Source: Curvularia clavata (taxonomy: Eukaryota). Taken from it: DNA of 64,000 bases. The notes below the pieces were generated by a model. It worked only from the letters and a program-made list of their open reading frames with translations. It had not been told where the DNA came from and did not search any database. Shown here in pieces: positions 22,901-35,353 of this stretch; position 1 is the first letter of the stretch, and the number at the start of each line of letters is the position of its first letter. Both the position numbers and the translations under genes were made by a program. The stretch is from assembly GCA_023920165.1 (NCBI GenBank), contig CP089275.1, positions 3,906,001 to 3,970,000 on the forward strand. Direction: 5' to 3'.

Positions 22901-24167
22901 CCCGTCTTCAACTAATCAGGCTCCCCAAGAAGACGTGAACGCTGTTGCACAGCCATCAAGTTCCCCACCACCTCCAGCACCCGTAAGAGTCGAGGACACA
23001 CCTATGAGTGAGCCCGAAGAGTCAATTGCTGTGCAGATTGACCCCTCTGAGCCTACCATGGTACACGCCCAAGATCCATCCCCCACAAGCGCACCACAGG
23101 CCGATGATACTGCTATGATTGAGGTAGAGTCAACTCCTGCGATCGACCCCCCAGCTGTCGACTTGGGAATTCCAAGTGTAACTCCCGATGATACTGAGAT
23201 GGGAGGTACGCAAGAGGAAAGGCTGCCGCCTCCTCCTCCACCTCCACCACCTCCAATGGACTTTTCCACTGGGAATCTACAGCCACCACTACCACCAGCG
23301 CGCACTCCTTCGCCAGAGCCGCCGGCGGACGAAATCTACTTCTTCCTGAAGTTTTGGAACCCAGAGACGCAGGCTCTCGAGTCTAGAGGCTCGCACGTCA
23401 CTCTCAAGTCCCACAGGGTCGATGAGACGGTTATCACTCTGCTCGGACTCCCAGCTGAAGAAAAGAAGAAAATGGAAATGTGGGAAGAGGAGGATATCGG
23501 GACTGTGCGTACTCTCAAGCATCGCCGCACTTTTACCCAGCTCGATCTTCACAACACAAGTATCATAGTCGCCGGGATGCCCATCACCGCTGAGCAAAAG
23601 AGTACGCTCGCTGCTCGCGCTGCATTCGCAGACCCGCAAGCATACTTGAAGTTCCGCTCTTTCGCTCGAAACTTCCCTCATAAGCTGAACGGTCACTTCA
23701 CGTACAATTACTTCTCAAGCGAATATTACAAGGGTGAGATCGTCAACGGCTACCGCCATGGCCATGGAACTCTCATCTATCACTCTGGCGCCATCTTCAA
23801 CGGCTCCTTCCGTCTGAACCAGCGCCATGGCCACGGTCTCTACACATTCCAGAACGGTGATACGTACGATGGTGACTGGGTCAACGACCAGCAACACGGG
23901 ACTGGCACCTACGTCGAGGCGACAAGCGGCAACACCTATGTTGGTGGATGGCAGAACGACAAGAAGTTTGGTGAAGGCGTTACCCACTGGAAGAACGCAC
24001 AAGAGGCAGAAAAGCTTTGCAGAATCTGCTGGGATGGTGAGGCCGAGGCTGCCTTCTACGACTGCGGACACGTTGTGGCCTGTCTTCCTTGCGCAAGGGA
24101 GGTCCAAAACTGCCCAGTTTGTAGAAAGAGGGTGCTGAGCGCCATGAAACTTTATTATGTGGCATAA
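19959..24167 (+). CDS. MATH + degenerate USP (USP7/Ubp15-like) + UBL-like + 4 MORN repeats + C3HC4 RING protein
   Basis: Exon 1 19959-20336, intron to about 20405. MATH: IGGHQWQIKFYPKGN..DWGWTRF. USP-like: YTLYGFVVH..WYSYSD. MORN: YKGEIVNGYRHGHG etc. RING: CRIC..CGHVVAC..C..CPVC. Confidence 0.82.
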
Positions 24168-24966
24168 ACGCCAACACGAACTTGGCCCTCACGGTGTCAT
24201 TGAAAGACTTTTTTTTGGTTTGCCCTGGATCGGAGTTTTGGGTAACACAAGGTTTAGGATGGAATCGGGGCTTTTACAAGTACGATTTGAGATGAAGATT
24301 CGGATGTTAAAGGGTGACAGGCGTTAGTTTCTCTCTTTATCTTTCTTCTTCTCTTGCTATAGCTCAGTCTGCCTTCTTGTTCTATTGGTTCATTCCTTGA
24401 CTATATTACACATCCTAGCCTTTTTTGATTTTACATTCAGGACTGCTTTGGGAGGATAAATAAATCTTCTGGCACAGCCAATTTTGTGTGAGTTCTTTAT
24501 GCTTCGGTACTGCTTTTTGGTCTTTTTGACCGATACATGTATTTCAAAATCGGAAAAGACTGCCAATGTGGCGTTGAGAAATTGAATGTGCACTTATTCT
24601 CAAAACGTGCGATATACATATCCTTCCCATCCGTTGTAACGAATCTAAGCTTAACTGAGCCACGTGGATTATATCCAGCCTGTACACGATTCAACATGTG
24701 GTTGTTTGAACGCGGTGGCGTGCCCGAGCGCTCGCCAATGTGTGAACAATAAACAAAAGTATATCAAACTAAGTGAATTGATGGGGAGTGAGTTTTGCCT
24801 CTGATCTTCTCCATAGAACCACTCATCCCCCCAACGTTGAACTCGCATTTGAACCCATTCTGGCTCTTGGCACGCATGGTTTGCAGTATCGAAAAAACAT
24901 GTCGACTTCGGAACATAGAACATTAAGTGGCTGATAGCCAGGCTGACTATGCTACTAGACACACAT

Positions 24967-27552
24967 TCACGCAGTATGTAACACCACCTGTGTATGTCCC
25001 TCCAGCAGCTCCACCACGCCGCACCCAGCCCCCTTCCCACGCACCTTCCATCCCTCGGGCACCTTCAACTCTCCCTTCGTCCCCTTGGGCACCTCCACAT
25101 CAAGACACGCCTCACCCCCCTCAACACTCCACCCCACTTCAATCTCTCCAAACGGCGTCGGCACCCGTCCCTCCACCCTCTCCAACCCCAGATATCCTAC
25201 CGCCGGCTGAATGACAAATCTTCCATACCCGGCCGTCACCGTACGCACACCCAGCAGATACTCCGGCAGCACGTAAGTTGGCGCCGCGCCCCACGGGTGC
25301 GCCAGACTAGTAAATGCATCGATACCCGGTGTCCCATCTGGCTTGACGTACTCCCAGCTCGCGCCGCTGGCATACGCGTCGGTATTGACCATGGCGCTCC
25401 ATAGGCCGTCCAGAAGATGCGATATCGCGTCCGCGCTATCGGTGCCATATTTATGGTAGGCTTGGAAGAGGGCTTCGAGGAGGAAGCCCGTGGGGTTCGG
25501 AGCGAGTTGGTAGTCTGGTGTTTCTTCATCTGAGGAGGTGGTCTTGTAGCCGGGTCCAAAGCGGAGGGCTTCGAGTTTGGTGATGGAGGAGGCAGTCTGG
25601 GTTGCGTTTGCGGCGCCTGAGAGAATAGCCCAGGCGATGCCGGTGAGGGAGAAGTTGCCTGGTGAGTCGAGAGAGAGCGAGTATGTGCCTAGCTGAGGAT
25701 TCCAGAGGTACGTGTTTAGCCCGTTTTGGAGCTTGGTTGATGTCGTGTTGCATAGGGAGGCGGTTTCGTTGTCTTGCATTGCGAGGGCTAGAGGCATGAT
25801 TTGTTGGAGTGCAAAGGATAGTAAACCCGTGACTGCAGAACCATTTGCGGGCCCGAGGAAGGAGAATGTCAAAGGGACTTCTGGGGTTCCAGCAACGAGA
25901 CCGGTATTCGGGTCAACAAAGGCAATGCGAGCGTCTACGAGCTTCTTGATCTTCGCCCAGTGGGGTTTCAAGCTCTCGGCTGCACCTGTGTACCGGTAGT
26001 ATTCGCCGATTGCAGCGAGGAAAAGGTCTTGGTAGTCGACTAAGCCTGGTCCTGCTGGATCTGCAGCTACATATTCGGGTCTGGTGCCTAATCTGGCGGA
26101 TATGGGAACAAAGCCAGCGAAGGGCCCGGATGGTGCTTGGTATTCCAAGGCGTATTCGATTGAGCCGAGAATGTAGTCCCATCGTGCACTAGACTGAGCT
26201 AGCACGCGAACAGTGTGATAGAAGTCTCCAATCCAGACGAGACGGTCGCGCTTTGCGCCGTCCAGACAAACTGAGCGATCGAGTGGTGCTACGGCATATT
26301 CAGCCAACACATCCGTCGACTTCATATCGTTGCTGTAAATAAGGGTATTGTTGGATGCAGTGACTGATACGTTCGTCACAACGGCGATTTGATCTTGGAA
26401 GCCGCCAAATCCCCATGTGCCTTGGTATCGGGATGGTGTGCCGAAGCGCTCGGTGCTTGGTGGCGGCAGAGGAACGAAAGCGATCTTCTCACTGTTGAGA
26501 CTGATGCTGTAGCCATCCTCTTGGATAGCCGTGGTGATGCGGTACCATTTGTCCTCTTCTATGGATACGTTCAGAGCATAGTACTGATTCGCTGGCGTCT
26601 GTAGGGTACTCTGGTTGAGCAAACTCCAGTCACTGTTGAAGGCCAAGGTGTTAGGTGGAAGCAGTGTTCTGTTCGTGTTGACGAAAGTGTTCTGCTCTGG
26701 GTAGTTTGAGGTGAGAACAAAGTATGGTCCTAGCGGCTGGATCGCGCTGGCGACTCTCCATCCTGTTCCACCTCTTACGATCTTTGTATCAAATTCCAAG
26801 GTATAGTTTGCAGGGCTTAGCAGAGCTCCCTTGGAGGACTGAGCGCTCGCCTGGCCGCGAATGAGAGCCCCCTCATCAATTAATTCCCAGGTCGAAGGGG
26901 CATTGCCGGCGTCCACACAAGCAACCTGAACTACCCGTCCACCAAGGTCGAAGATCTTGTTGTAAACGTCATGACTGGTCTCTATGCGACCCGGTTGTTG
27001 TTCAACCTCTTTATGCTCGCTGGTCGATCTGAAGCCGACCCTCTCGAGAGTCAAAGAGTTGTTCGTGAGGAGGCGAATAGTCTGCCATCGCTGGCCTCCC
27101 TGCACAAAGAAGCTCTCAGTGTGTTCGCCCGTGATATTGAATGTCTCCACCCGCCACGTATTCGCTAGACCGTTAGAGAAAGTCCAAGGGCCGTCAGCAT
27201 TATCGCCTTGGATGGTCGCAAAGGATTCTGAATATTTGACCTCAATTTGCGCCGAGGCTCCGTTTTCTGCAGCAACGAAGAAGGGGAAACCGGCCACATC
27301 CGCGCCATAATCGAGCGTGATGATAGGATGCGCAGGCGACAGTGTTACCACGGTAGTGTTGCTGTAAACCAGTTCGGCCACTTTGACGTGTTCATCCTGC
27401 GAGTATTTGGTTGGATAGACATTGCCATAATCGACAAAGCTATACTTGAGGTTAGCTTCCAACCGTTGTAATGGGTACGTCAATACTACTCACGCGAAGG
27501 CAGTCTTGCTCCAAGCCCAAGCAACCAGCGAGCTTCGAATAAGATTGACCAT
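24967..27552 (-). CDS. Secreted alpha-L-rhamnosidase-like glycoside hydrolase, family GH78
   Basis: Signal-peptide exon MVNLIRSSLVAWAWSKTAFA (ATG 27552), intron about 27441-27494. Motifs LDGAKRDRLVWIGD, WEYVKPDG..SLAHPWGAAP, GRVPTPFGEIEVGW; many N-x-S/T sequons. Confidence 0.87.
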
Positions 27553-27697
27553 CCTGAAGCTGTACTGCAGAGTCTAGTCATCGCCGACAACAGCGCCTCC
27601 TTTTAAACCCATTGCCACAATAACTACCCATACTAACTAATGCCCGGGCCAGTACGGGACACTAAGTGCCCGGCCCTGGAAGTCACGGCTGTTGAAT

Positions 27698-27759
27698 GCG
27701 GGGGCCCCAGAAATCAAGTCGGTGTATATCGAGCGAATTGTGGGGTCCCCGATCCCCAG
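27698..27759. promoter_or_regulatory. Cluster of four CreA/Cre1-type SYGGRG sites upstream of the GH78 gene
   Basis: GCGGGG 27698, CCCCAG 27705, GTGGGG 27740, CCCCAG 27754; about 150-210 bp upstream of ATG 27552. Confidence 0.5.
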
Positions 27760-27915
27760 ATTCGCCTTGCCTTGCTCGCTACATGGCCCTGTGGCACAGA
27801 CTGAACGGTGCTAAACAAAACAAACTCTACGTACTTCGCCTCGATGATTTACCGAGGTCGCGTCAACTCGGTCCGAAAACCAATTTTCGTTCGTCGGACG
27901 AAAGAATGCATAGTA

Positions 27916-29823
27916 CTCGCCCCACGGAGCCTAGTTCTGCCGAACTAGGCCCTACCCAGCTCAACGTCAACCACCAGCTCAACGTCAATTTTGCTACCCC
28001 CCACCACTTCGACTCGATTTTTCTCCACAACAACATGTCGCAGCGCTTTGGGACTTACGCGCAGATTGAAGAGCGTATTGAAATTACTATTGCCGAGTTA
28101 GATAGTGGTATCCACGCAAATATGCGCGCAGCAGCAGACTATAATCATATGCCCTACAGCAGGCTCCAAAAGCGCGTCTCAGGCCGCGCATCAAAAATAG
28201 AGCGCGCTGCACCAAATCGAAGGCTTAATCAACAACAGGAGGATGCTCTAAAGGCTTACATTACTCGCTGCGACGCGTTATACATGCCTCCTCTCATACC
28301 GCAGCTGATTTCTGCCGCGCAGCGGATTCTTGATCTCGAGCACCCAGATGGCAAGGCACCACCTATAGACAAAAACTAGATCTCACGATGGCTGGCGCGC
28401 AACCCAGACTGCCGCCGTAAGAAGCAGAAAAAGCAGAAAATAAAACGCCTAGCGGCTAACACAGTAGAGGTCTACGAGGGGCACTTTGCCGCTCTAAAGC
28501 GCGCAATTGATAAGTATGCTATACAGCCTGGAGATCTATACAATATGGATGAGACAGATATCCATATGGGCGTTGGAGGCCAGCAGTACGTTATAACAAT
28601 GGCTGGCGATAATGACGCTATACAGTCACCGTCTAATACAAATCGCGAGTCTGTTACAGTCGTCGAGACTGTCGCTGCTGACGGCTCAGTTCTGGCACCA
28701 TTCATCATTCTCAAAGGCAAAGCACACCTCTCAAAATAGTACACTAACACAAACTTACCTAACGACTACATGGTAGCTGTCTCAGAGACAGCGTACAATA
28801 ACGACGAGCTCTCTCTTAAGTGGATTCGATACTTTAACGCCTATAGTCGTCGCCGTCAAACAGGCACCTGGAGGCTATTAATTTTTGATAGATTTGGATC
28901 CCATGGCACAAAGGAGCTGATCGATTTTTGTGACGACAACAACATAGTACTTTTCTCGCTCCCCTCCCATACCTCTCACAACCTGCAGCCTCTTGATATT
29001 AGTGTTTTTCAAGCATACAAGAAGCACTACAGAGGCGTCGTTGAGAGAGCTGCTCGCGAGGGCTGCACCAATTTCAACAAGCTCGAGTTTCTACACGCAA
29101 TTGATGGCGTTAGAAGACACACATTCAAATCTAGTACTATTCGAAAAGCCTTTGAATTAGCAGGCGTCTAGCCATAGGATCCCGAGAGAGTATCAACGCC
29201 CGAAGAGATGAGCTATCTCTTTCAAGCCTCTGAGACGCCTACGCCTACAACTCCTCACTCCTTTGTTGCGTACGCTCGTAAAACGCAAGAGCTCTGTAAT
29301 TATGCTGAGAATATACTAAGTAATCGGGCTGCGCGACTTGCTAGAGCGTCAGTTATACTAGGTTTGAACTACGATCTCGCGACTCGTGAGCTTGCCAAGA
29401 CTACAGCTGCTGCCCGCGAGAGGGCTCAGCGCCAGAACAACTCGCGATCAACGATTCAGAAAGGAGGTGTAGTTACAGCTAGAGGTGCGCGGGAGGCCGT
29501 ATCTCAAAAAGCTAAGATCGCTGAGCAAAAGGCTATACGTAAGGCTGTGAGGGAGACGAGACGGCGCCTCCGAGATGCCACCCAGCAGCCAACACCTGCC
29601 TCTGCAGAGGCCTCAACACCAAGTCAACAGGCACAAGTAATACGTTTTATACACTGGGAGACACCTCACACTCAGTAGCTATAGCAAATATATGATATTT
29701 CGCATGTTTTCGCGGCCAATTTACGATACAAATCGCATAGGTTAGCAAAATTGACGTTGAGCTGGTGGTTGACGTTGAGCTGGGTAGGGCCTAGTTCGGC
29801 AGAACTAGGCTCCGTGGGGCGAG
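27916..29823 (+). mobile_element. Complete Tc1/mariner-superfamily (pogo/Fot1-like) DNA transposon, 1908 bp
   Basis: Identical 81-bp TIRs at 27916-27996 and 29743-29823; TA on both flanks (27914-27915, 29824-29825); internal HTH + DDE_1-type transposase. Confidence 0.96.
28035..29678 (+). pseudogene. Inactivated pogo/Fot1-type transposase
   Basis: One continuous frame with YNMDET, RESVTVVETV, LLIFDRFGSH, LPSHTSHNLQPLD motifs, broken by TAG stops at 28377, 28737, 29169 and 29175. Confidence 0.92.
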
Positions 29824-30011
29824 TAGCCTGAGTACAGGGATTCGCTCGTTCTAGTTAGAATTACGATCTTTGTGGCGGAAAAAGGGGCTGGGCAATATGG
29901 AGAACGTAGTCAGTACAGGAACGGAATGTGGAGAACAGACCCGAGCAAGAAACAGGCCGGTCGAAAAGGAAAAGTATGTTCTCATTTCGAAGCTCATTTG
30001 GTTGTGGCCAT

Positions 30012-30658
30012 CTAATCAGCCAGAGTCTCCCTAAGCTTCAAGTACTCCTTTCGATACTGATTCTCATCCGTCTCTTTGCCTCTGTTAAGCGGCGTCCACT
30101 TGGGCTCATCCTTGAACAATCGCATAGCCTTGGTGTACTGCGACACGATATTAGCACAACTTATCCCATTCAGTCCAAGGATATCATATTCGTGGACTCA
30201 CATTGTTCTCGTCAGTAGTAAAGCGATGGTAGATACCACTAGGCAAGATGATCAAATCACCCTTTTCAAGCCAAATCCGAACCCAGTCATCGCCCTCGCT
30301 CCGGACATCAAAGTAGCCTGCGCCATCGAGAATGTACCGGATCTCCTCGTCCTCGTGCAGATGCTCGCTGAAGAATGTCTTGACCTTTTCCTCGTAAATA
30401 TCGCCCATCTTCTCTGGGCTGATAGTCACCTCATCTCTGTTCTTGTAGTTGCGAGATGAAGCAATCTCGTCAACGCCAGAGACCCCAGGAACGTGATGAT
30501 AGATTACGCCCAGCTTTTGCAGATAGTCTGGGTCGACGGAGCGACCAGAGTCGTGGGGCAGGCGTTGATCGCCCTGAAAATGTAAGTCATGTGTTTTAGC
30601 CAGGAAGAGCGGCACCATGAGCGCTTACGGGTTGATTGTCGAACCAGTATGCCTTCAT
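30012..30658 (-). CDS. ADI1: Acireductone dioxygenase (methionine salvage), 3 exons
   Basis: [47 protein letters not shown]..|[19 protein letters not shown]. Confidence 0.95.
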
Positions 30659-31298
30659 TTTGCGGTCAGTGTAGAGAGTATGAAGTCTTTCCTAACAGGT
30701 GCTCTATTTTAAAGCGCGCAGCTGTACTTGGCTTTGATGTTTGTTGGGCACATCAGCAACCAGCTAGAGAATAATTTGAGATGCCCAATCGCACGTGGCG
30801 AATTGCGTCATCCGGATTACCCCAGCGAGGATAGGCTACTATGATTGCGCAACATCGACCCTTCATGCTCTCATAGCCAGTTGTTCTTCGTCAATGCCGT
30901 TTAATGCAGACTACAGTACAACCTGTTTCCAGGAGATGCCATCGCAGCACCGAGTTATTGTCCTGACATATAATACAGAGTTTAAAAACACAACGTAAAC
31001 GCGCCGACGCATACCCGTCCCACCACTCGCCCGAGCACGGAATTCGAACGCCCCTCGCAAGGAGGAGCATAAGAAGTACGAGACGAGATGCACGCGCATC
31101 AAAAACGAAAACAATTACCATGAGCCCCATACATTTCCATCAATCATGCAGTCCAATTCAATTCCAACCCGTCGCACAGCATGCTGAAAAGGTTTAGAAA
31201 CCCCAGGGTATGTCCAGCTAAAAATGCCAATATTTCACGCGAAACGATGGAGCTCCAAGAATACGATGTGAAGCCCTAGCTACTGGGTCGACAAGAGG

Positions 31299-33957
31299 CT
31301 ATCTTGCAAAGACCTTTACTATGCCATCTCCACCTGCCGAGACAACGAGACGGCCGTCCTGGCTCCAGACAACACTGCACACACCCTCGCCGCGCATGAT
31401 GCGGTGTGCTGTAATTTCTTGTGTACAAATGCGCTTGTCAAGTGACCAGAAGCGGATGGAAGCGTCGTGGCCGGCAGAAACAGCTTCACGACCATCTTTG
31501 CTGAGGGAAAGAGAAGAAATGGCGGCAGGATGGGCAAGCATGCTGTATGTGCATTGTCCTGTTATCCATATTAGATGAAGCACTTTGATAATTGACTGGG
31601 GGGAGCTTACCAGAATTAGCATCGAAGAACCGGATGAGATGGTCTTCGTGCCCACTTATGATGACGCCCTCGACGCCGCCGCTGCTGTTAGAACCGGTCG
31701 GGCCGTGTATTCCCTCTTCCTCAGAACCACCTCGACCTCCCTCTTGTGATGCACTGTCAAGATATTGCGAGCTTGTTACGACAGAAGTGATACCAGTCGC
31801 CGGTGTGCCATCGTAGGATTCGTTGCTAGCCATACCAATCAGCTCCTCACCTGTCCGTGTGTCGTATACTAGTATTGATGCATCGGTGAATGAAACCACG
31901 AAATTCTCGCCAGTGGGAGAAAGGGGGCTGATGCAGGTAGGCGAAGGATGCGTGTCACGCTCAATAGTGTGTATGAGCATGTAGTGGAACGGCGTGCTGG
32001 TAGCAATGCTTGGCTGTGGGGATGATGGGTGGTTTGATCCAGAAGTAACCGAATGTCTTCGACTACCACCAACACCGCGACGTGATCCAGTCTGAGGAGA
32101 AACCAATTGAGGTGGTGCACTGACTGCCCAGATCTTGATTGTTCCATCAGCCGAACCAGAAGCTAGGATGACTCGGTCTGCACCACCATACTTGCTGCAA
32201 TCGGCTCCAAAGACGTTCGCGCAAGTGGTAGGGAGGACGCACACGGTCCAAACAGCATCAGTGTGGCCTTCAAGAGTAGCCTTGGGGTCAACCCGACCCC
32301 GCTCCCACACACGAACTGTCGCATCCTGGCCACCCGAGAATATCCAGCCGTCGCCAGACACCCTACCTCCAGTTGCAAAATGAGCAGAAGCCGGGCATGC
32401 TGCTAGGCATGTTACAGCACCCTCATGACCTCTGTGCGACCAGAAAGGCTGAATATCGAGGTCATTGTTCATGCTGTGCTGGCTCGCATAACTGGCAGGT
32501 ATCATCCATCTCTTAATCATACCATCGTCTCCTGCTGTGCAAATCTCGGGTTCACTAGGACTGCCACCTCCTGTGAAGATGACGGACCGTACGACGTCCA
32601 GATGACCACGGAGAGCGAACCGGACCTTAAAACTCTGTGGGTCCGCTTTTGCCGCGGCTTGAGCAGCGACTTGCTGAGCCTTCTGGTCACTACTCAGTCG
32701 TCTGGTATGGTCTTTGCTTGTTCGCTTGGCTGGTCGTGGTGGGGATTTTGCCGGAATGCTGTTTGCAGATGGAAACTCTTCGACATCTGGTCTCCTTGGT
32801 GGACCTTCCTGAGCTGCTTCGGATGCCGGATCAAAAATCCAATCCTCTGACTCTTTCTCCTGACCTGCAACCTGACCTGAGCCGGAAGCTTCCTCCTCTT
32901 GCGCTGGTATTTGGCGGCCTTCGTTATCGAATGCGTGTGTCACCTTTTCGACTTGCTCTTCAGGTACCGCAGAATAGTGCTGCGGATTTGGCGGTTGGCG
33001 CTGCTGTGCGAGAAGTTCTTGGGTCAAATTTGGGTTTTGGGACAGTGGTTGCTGTTGAGAAGGCTCTCGAGCCATCTGCGGAGCATGGTGGATCTGGTGC
33101 TGGGCGGCAAGGCCCTGAAGTTCCGAGGTTACGGGGATACTAGGGGGTTGGTGGTTGGGCAGGGGTCCGGGCATAGTAGGGAGGTGCGACGGCAACCTCT
33201 GACGATGTTGCTGTAGGTAAATGTCTTCCATGGAAGCGTCTCCATGGTTCATAAAGCCGGTGCCGTTTGCGAGAGCCTGCATACCCTGCTGTGGCTGGGG
33301 CTGAGGCGGGGGAGTAAGCAGATAGGTAATCTCTTCGACACATTTGGTGAGATAGAGCTTCGACTTCTCTCGCAGACTGTCACGGTCGGCCTCGGATCGG
33401 TCGAGAAACTCGGAGTCGACGTCGAGGAAGGAGTTGTGCTTGGTGGTTTGAGCTGTGGGGGAGTGTTAGTACATCAGGGGTGCGCCGTGATATGGTGGCC
33501 GTATACGCACGTTTGGTCAAGCCGGCGCCACTCTTCTTGCCCTTGGAGTCGGCCTTGTCGTCGGCAGCGGGGTGCGAGTCTCCGCCTGTAGCGTCGGCTT
33601 TCTTTTTCCTCTCGTTTGTGAGTGCCTGCTCGAGCATGCGGATATGCTTGTTCAGCTGGTCGTTGAGCTTCTTTGCACTGCGGACTTCGCCCTCCTGCTT
33701 CGCAATCTTGGCCTTCATCTCTGCGCGCTCAATGTCCCAAGCATTGCGTGCACGCTCGTGGTTATGCCATTCGAGTTGGAGAAATCGCATCACACCTGGC
33801 TGAGGGTTAGCCCACTACCTGTCCCGCCAGTGGTGCCCTATGCACCCAAAGAGCACAACATACCCTGCAATGTGTACTCTGTGCCTGCAGGCGCATTGCC
33901 ATCAGCGCCGCCGTTGGCACTGCTGCCGTTCATGGCCGAGGGCGACTGCCAGGCCAT
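31299..33957 (-). CDS. PRO11: Striatin (PRO11/Far8/StrA), STRIPAK scaffold with WD40 repeats, 4 exons
   Basis: [37 protein letters not shown] (striatin N-domain and coiled coil); C-terminal WD40s ([35 protein letters not shown]). Confidence 0.93.
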
Positions 33958-35353
33958 GGCCGATGTGTACGGGGGATCCTGTGGCGGCGCACTTTGCAGT
34001 CTGTGAGGGTCAGAGTTGGAGTTGGCATGCGGCGTCGGGGGTCGGCAAGAGCGCGGTCGACGTGTCGCTGGCAGGAATCTGGCCTCAGGGCTCCGACCTC
34101 AGCGCCGCGGGCGAGGAGCGAGACGGGCGAGACGGGCGCTGGAGCTGTCGGTGGGAGTGAGCAGTGGATTCTGGCGAGAATGCGCTCAAGCTGCTGGATC
34201 TCACGGCTGCTGCAGCGTGCACATATTCCGTTGCACAGGGGAGGGCGCCGTGCAGTGGTAGCGCCGAAGCGGGACCCTGGCGCACGGACCCTATCACCAT
34301 CACTGCGAACAGCCAGAGAGTCTCAAGGACTGCCTCATGGTTCCCAGGCCTTTTTCGTAACAGGGTGCAAGCACGATACCCACCTTTTCGATATGAGCTT
34401 TCACGTCTTTTCCAGCGATTGATGGCCTGTATGACTGCAATGAGCTGCTTGAAAAGCCAAATACTGCTTTCCCCAAACCGGCACCAGTATCTACTGACTA
34501 TCACCTATAGCAGAATACAGAACTCGCCGAGATACCTGTAAGTCTAGCCTCTATATCTCTCTATCTAGATCTGCTGTACTTCACCTCCCATCATCTTTTG
34601 TTATAGCTCGATCAAGTATCCTTTTGCATTTGCGCAGTCACATGTTACGTCATTCAGCACTGCATACTCTGTGCTTTCCTCTCGTCTACTTCATCTTGGA
34701 TTTGAGTACGTCACTAACCTGACCTCTAGTTAAGACTCGCTATGAGATGATTTACGCACATTCTGTTCTTGTGTGGCACCAAGCCAGACCAGGACAGTAC
34801 CTTGAACTCAAGCCTCTGGTGCAGCCATGCCCAACACCGGGCTACCCCATTTCGCTCAATGGACTTGTCAAACACCATTTTACCCTTTTCTTTAAAAGTC
34901 ATGTTTTGATTGTATTTCCATGCCCTCTATTCTGGGTGTGTCATGCCTTTTGCTTAACCTTGTGCTAGGCACGGCCCTGCACAGCGCACCTATACCACCA
35001 ACCTACCCCCTCCACCACGACTAACGGGCGGCATGACGCATCTAGCCATCGAAAGAGCCAGGAAAGCTTCCAAATCATCGCAGAACAGTCGACTATTTCG
35101 CGCGTGGTCCGGTGATCAGATACCGGTGCCTTACTTCGTTCATGCCAAGAAGCCTTCCCGATTGGTACAAAGGCGCTCGACGCTACGGCCTTGTCACAAC
35201 ATTGGAACCTTCCCACGGCAAGACTTTACCACATTCACCCCACCTCCCGCCAACCACCACCACACTCGATCCCTCTACAGTCTCCGTCAACAGGGTCGCG
35301 CATCTTCGCACATACTATCGAACCCAACATCAACCCAGGATAAATCACCAGAC

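Noticed and set aside
27956..27988. Direct repeats resembling a mini CRISPR array
   Set aside because: Two 15-bp copies inside a transposon TIR, with no spacers or cas genes, in a eukaryotic context
17839..30658. DYS1 and ADI1 as a polyamine/methionine-salvage cluster
   Set aside because: About 11 kb apart with unrelated genes between them; no shared regulatory signal seen
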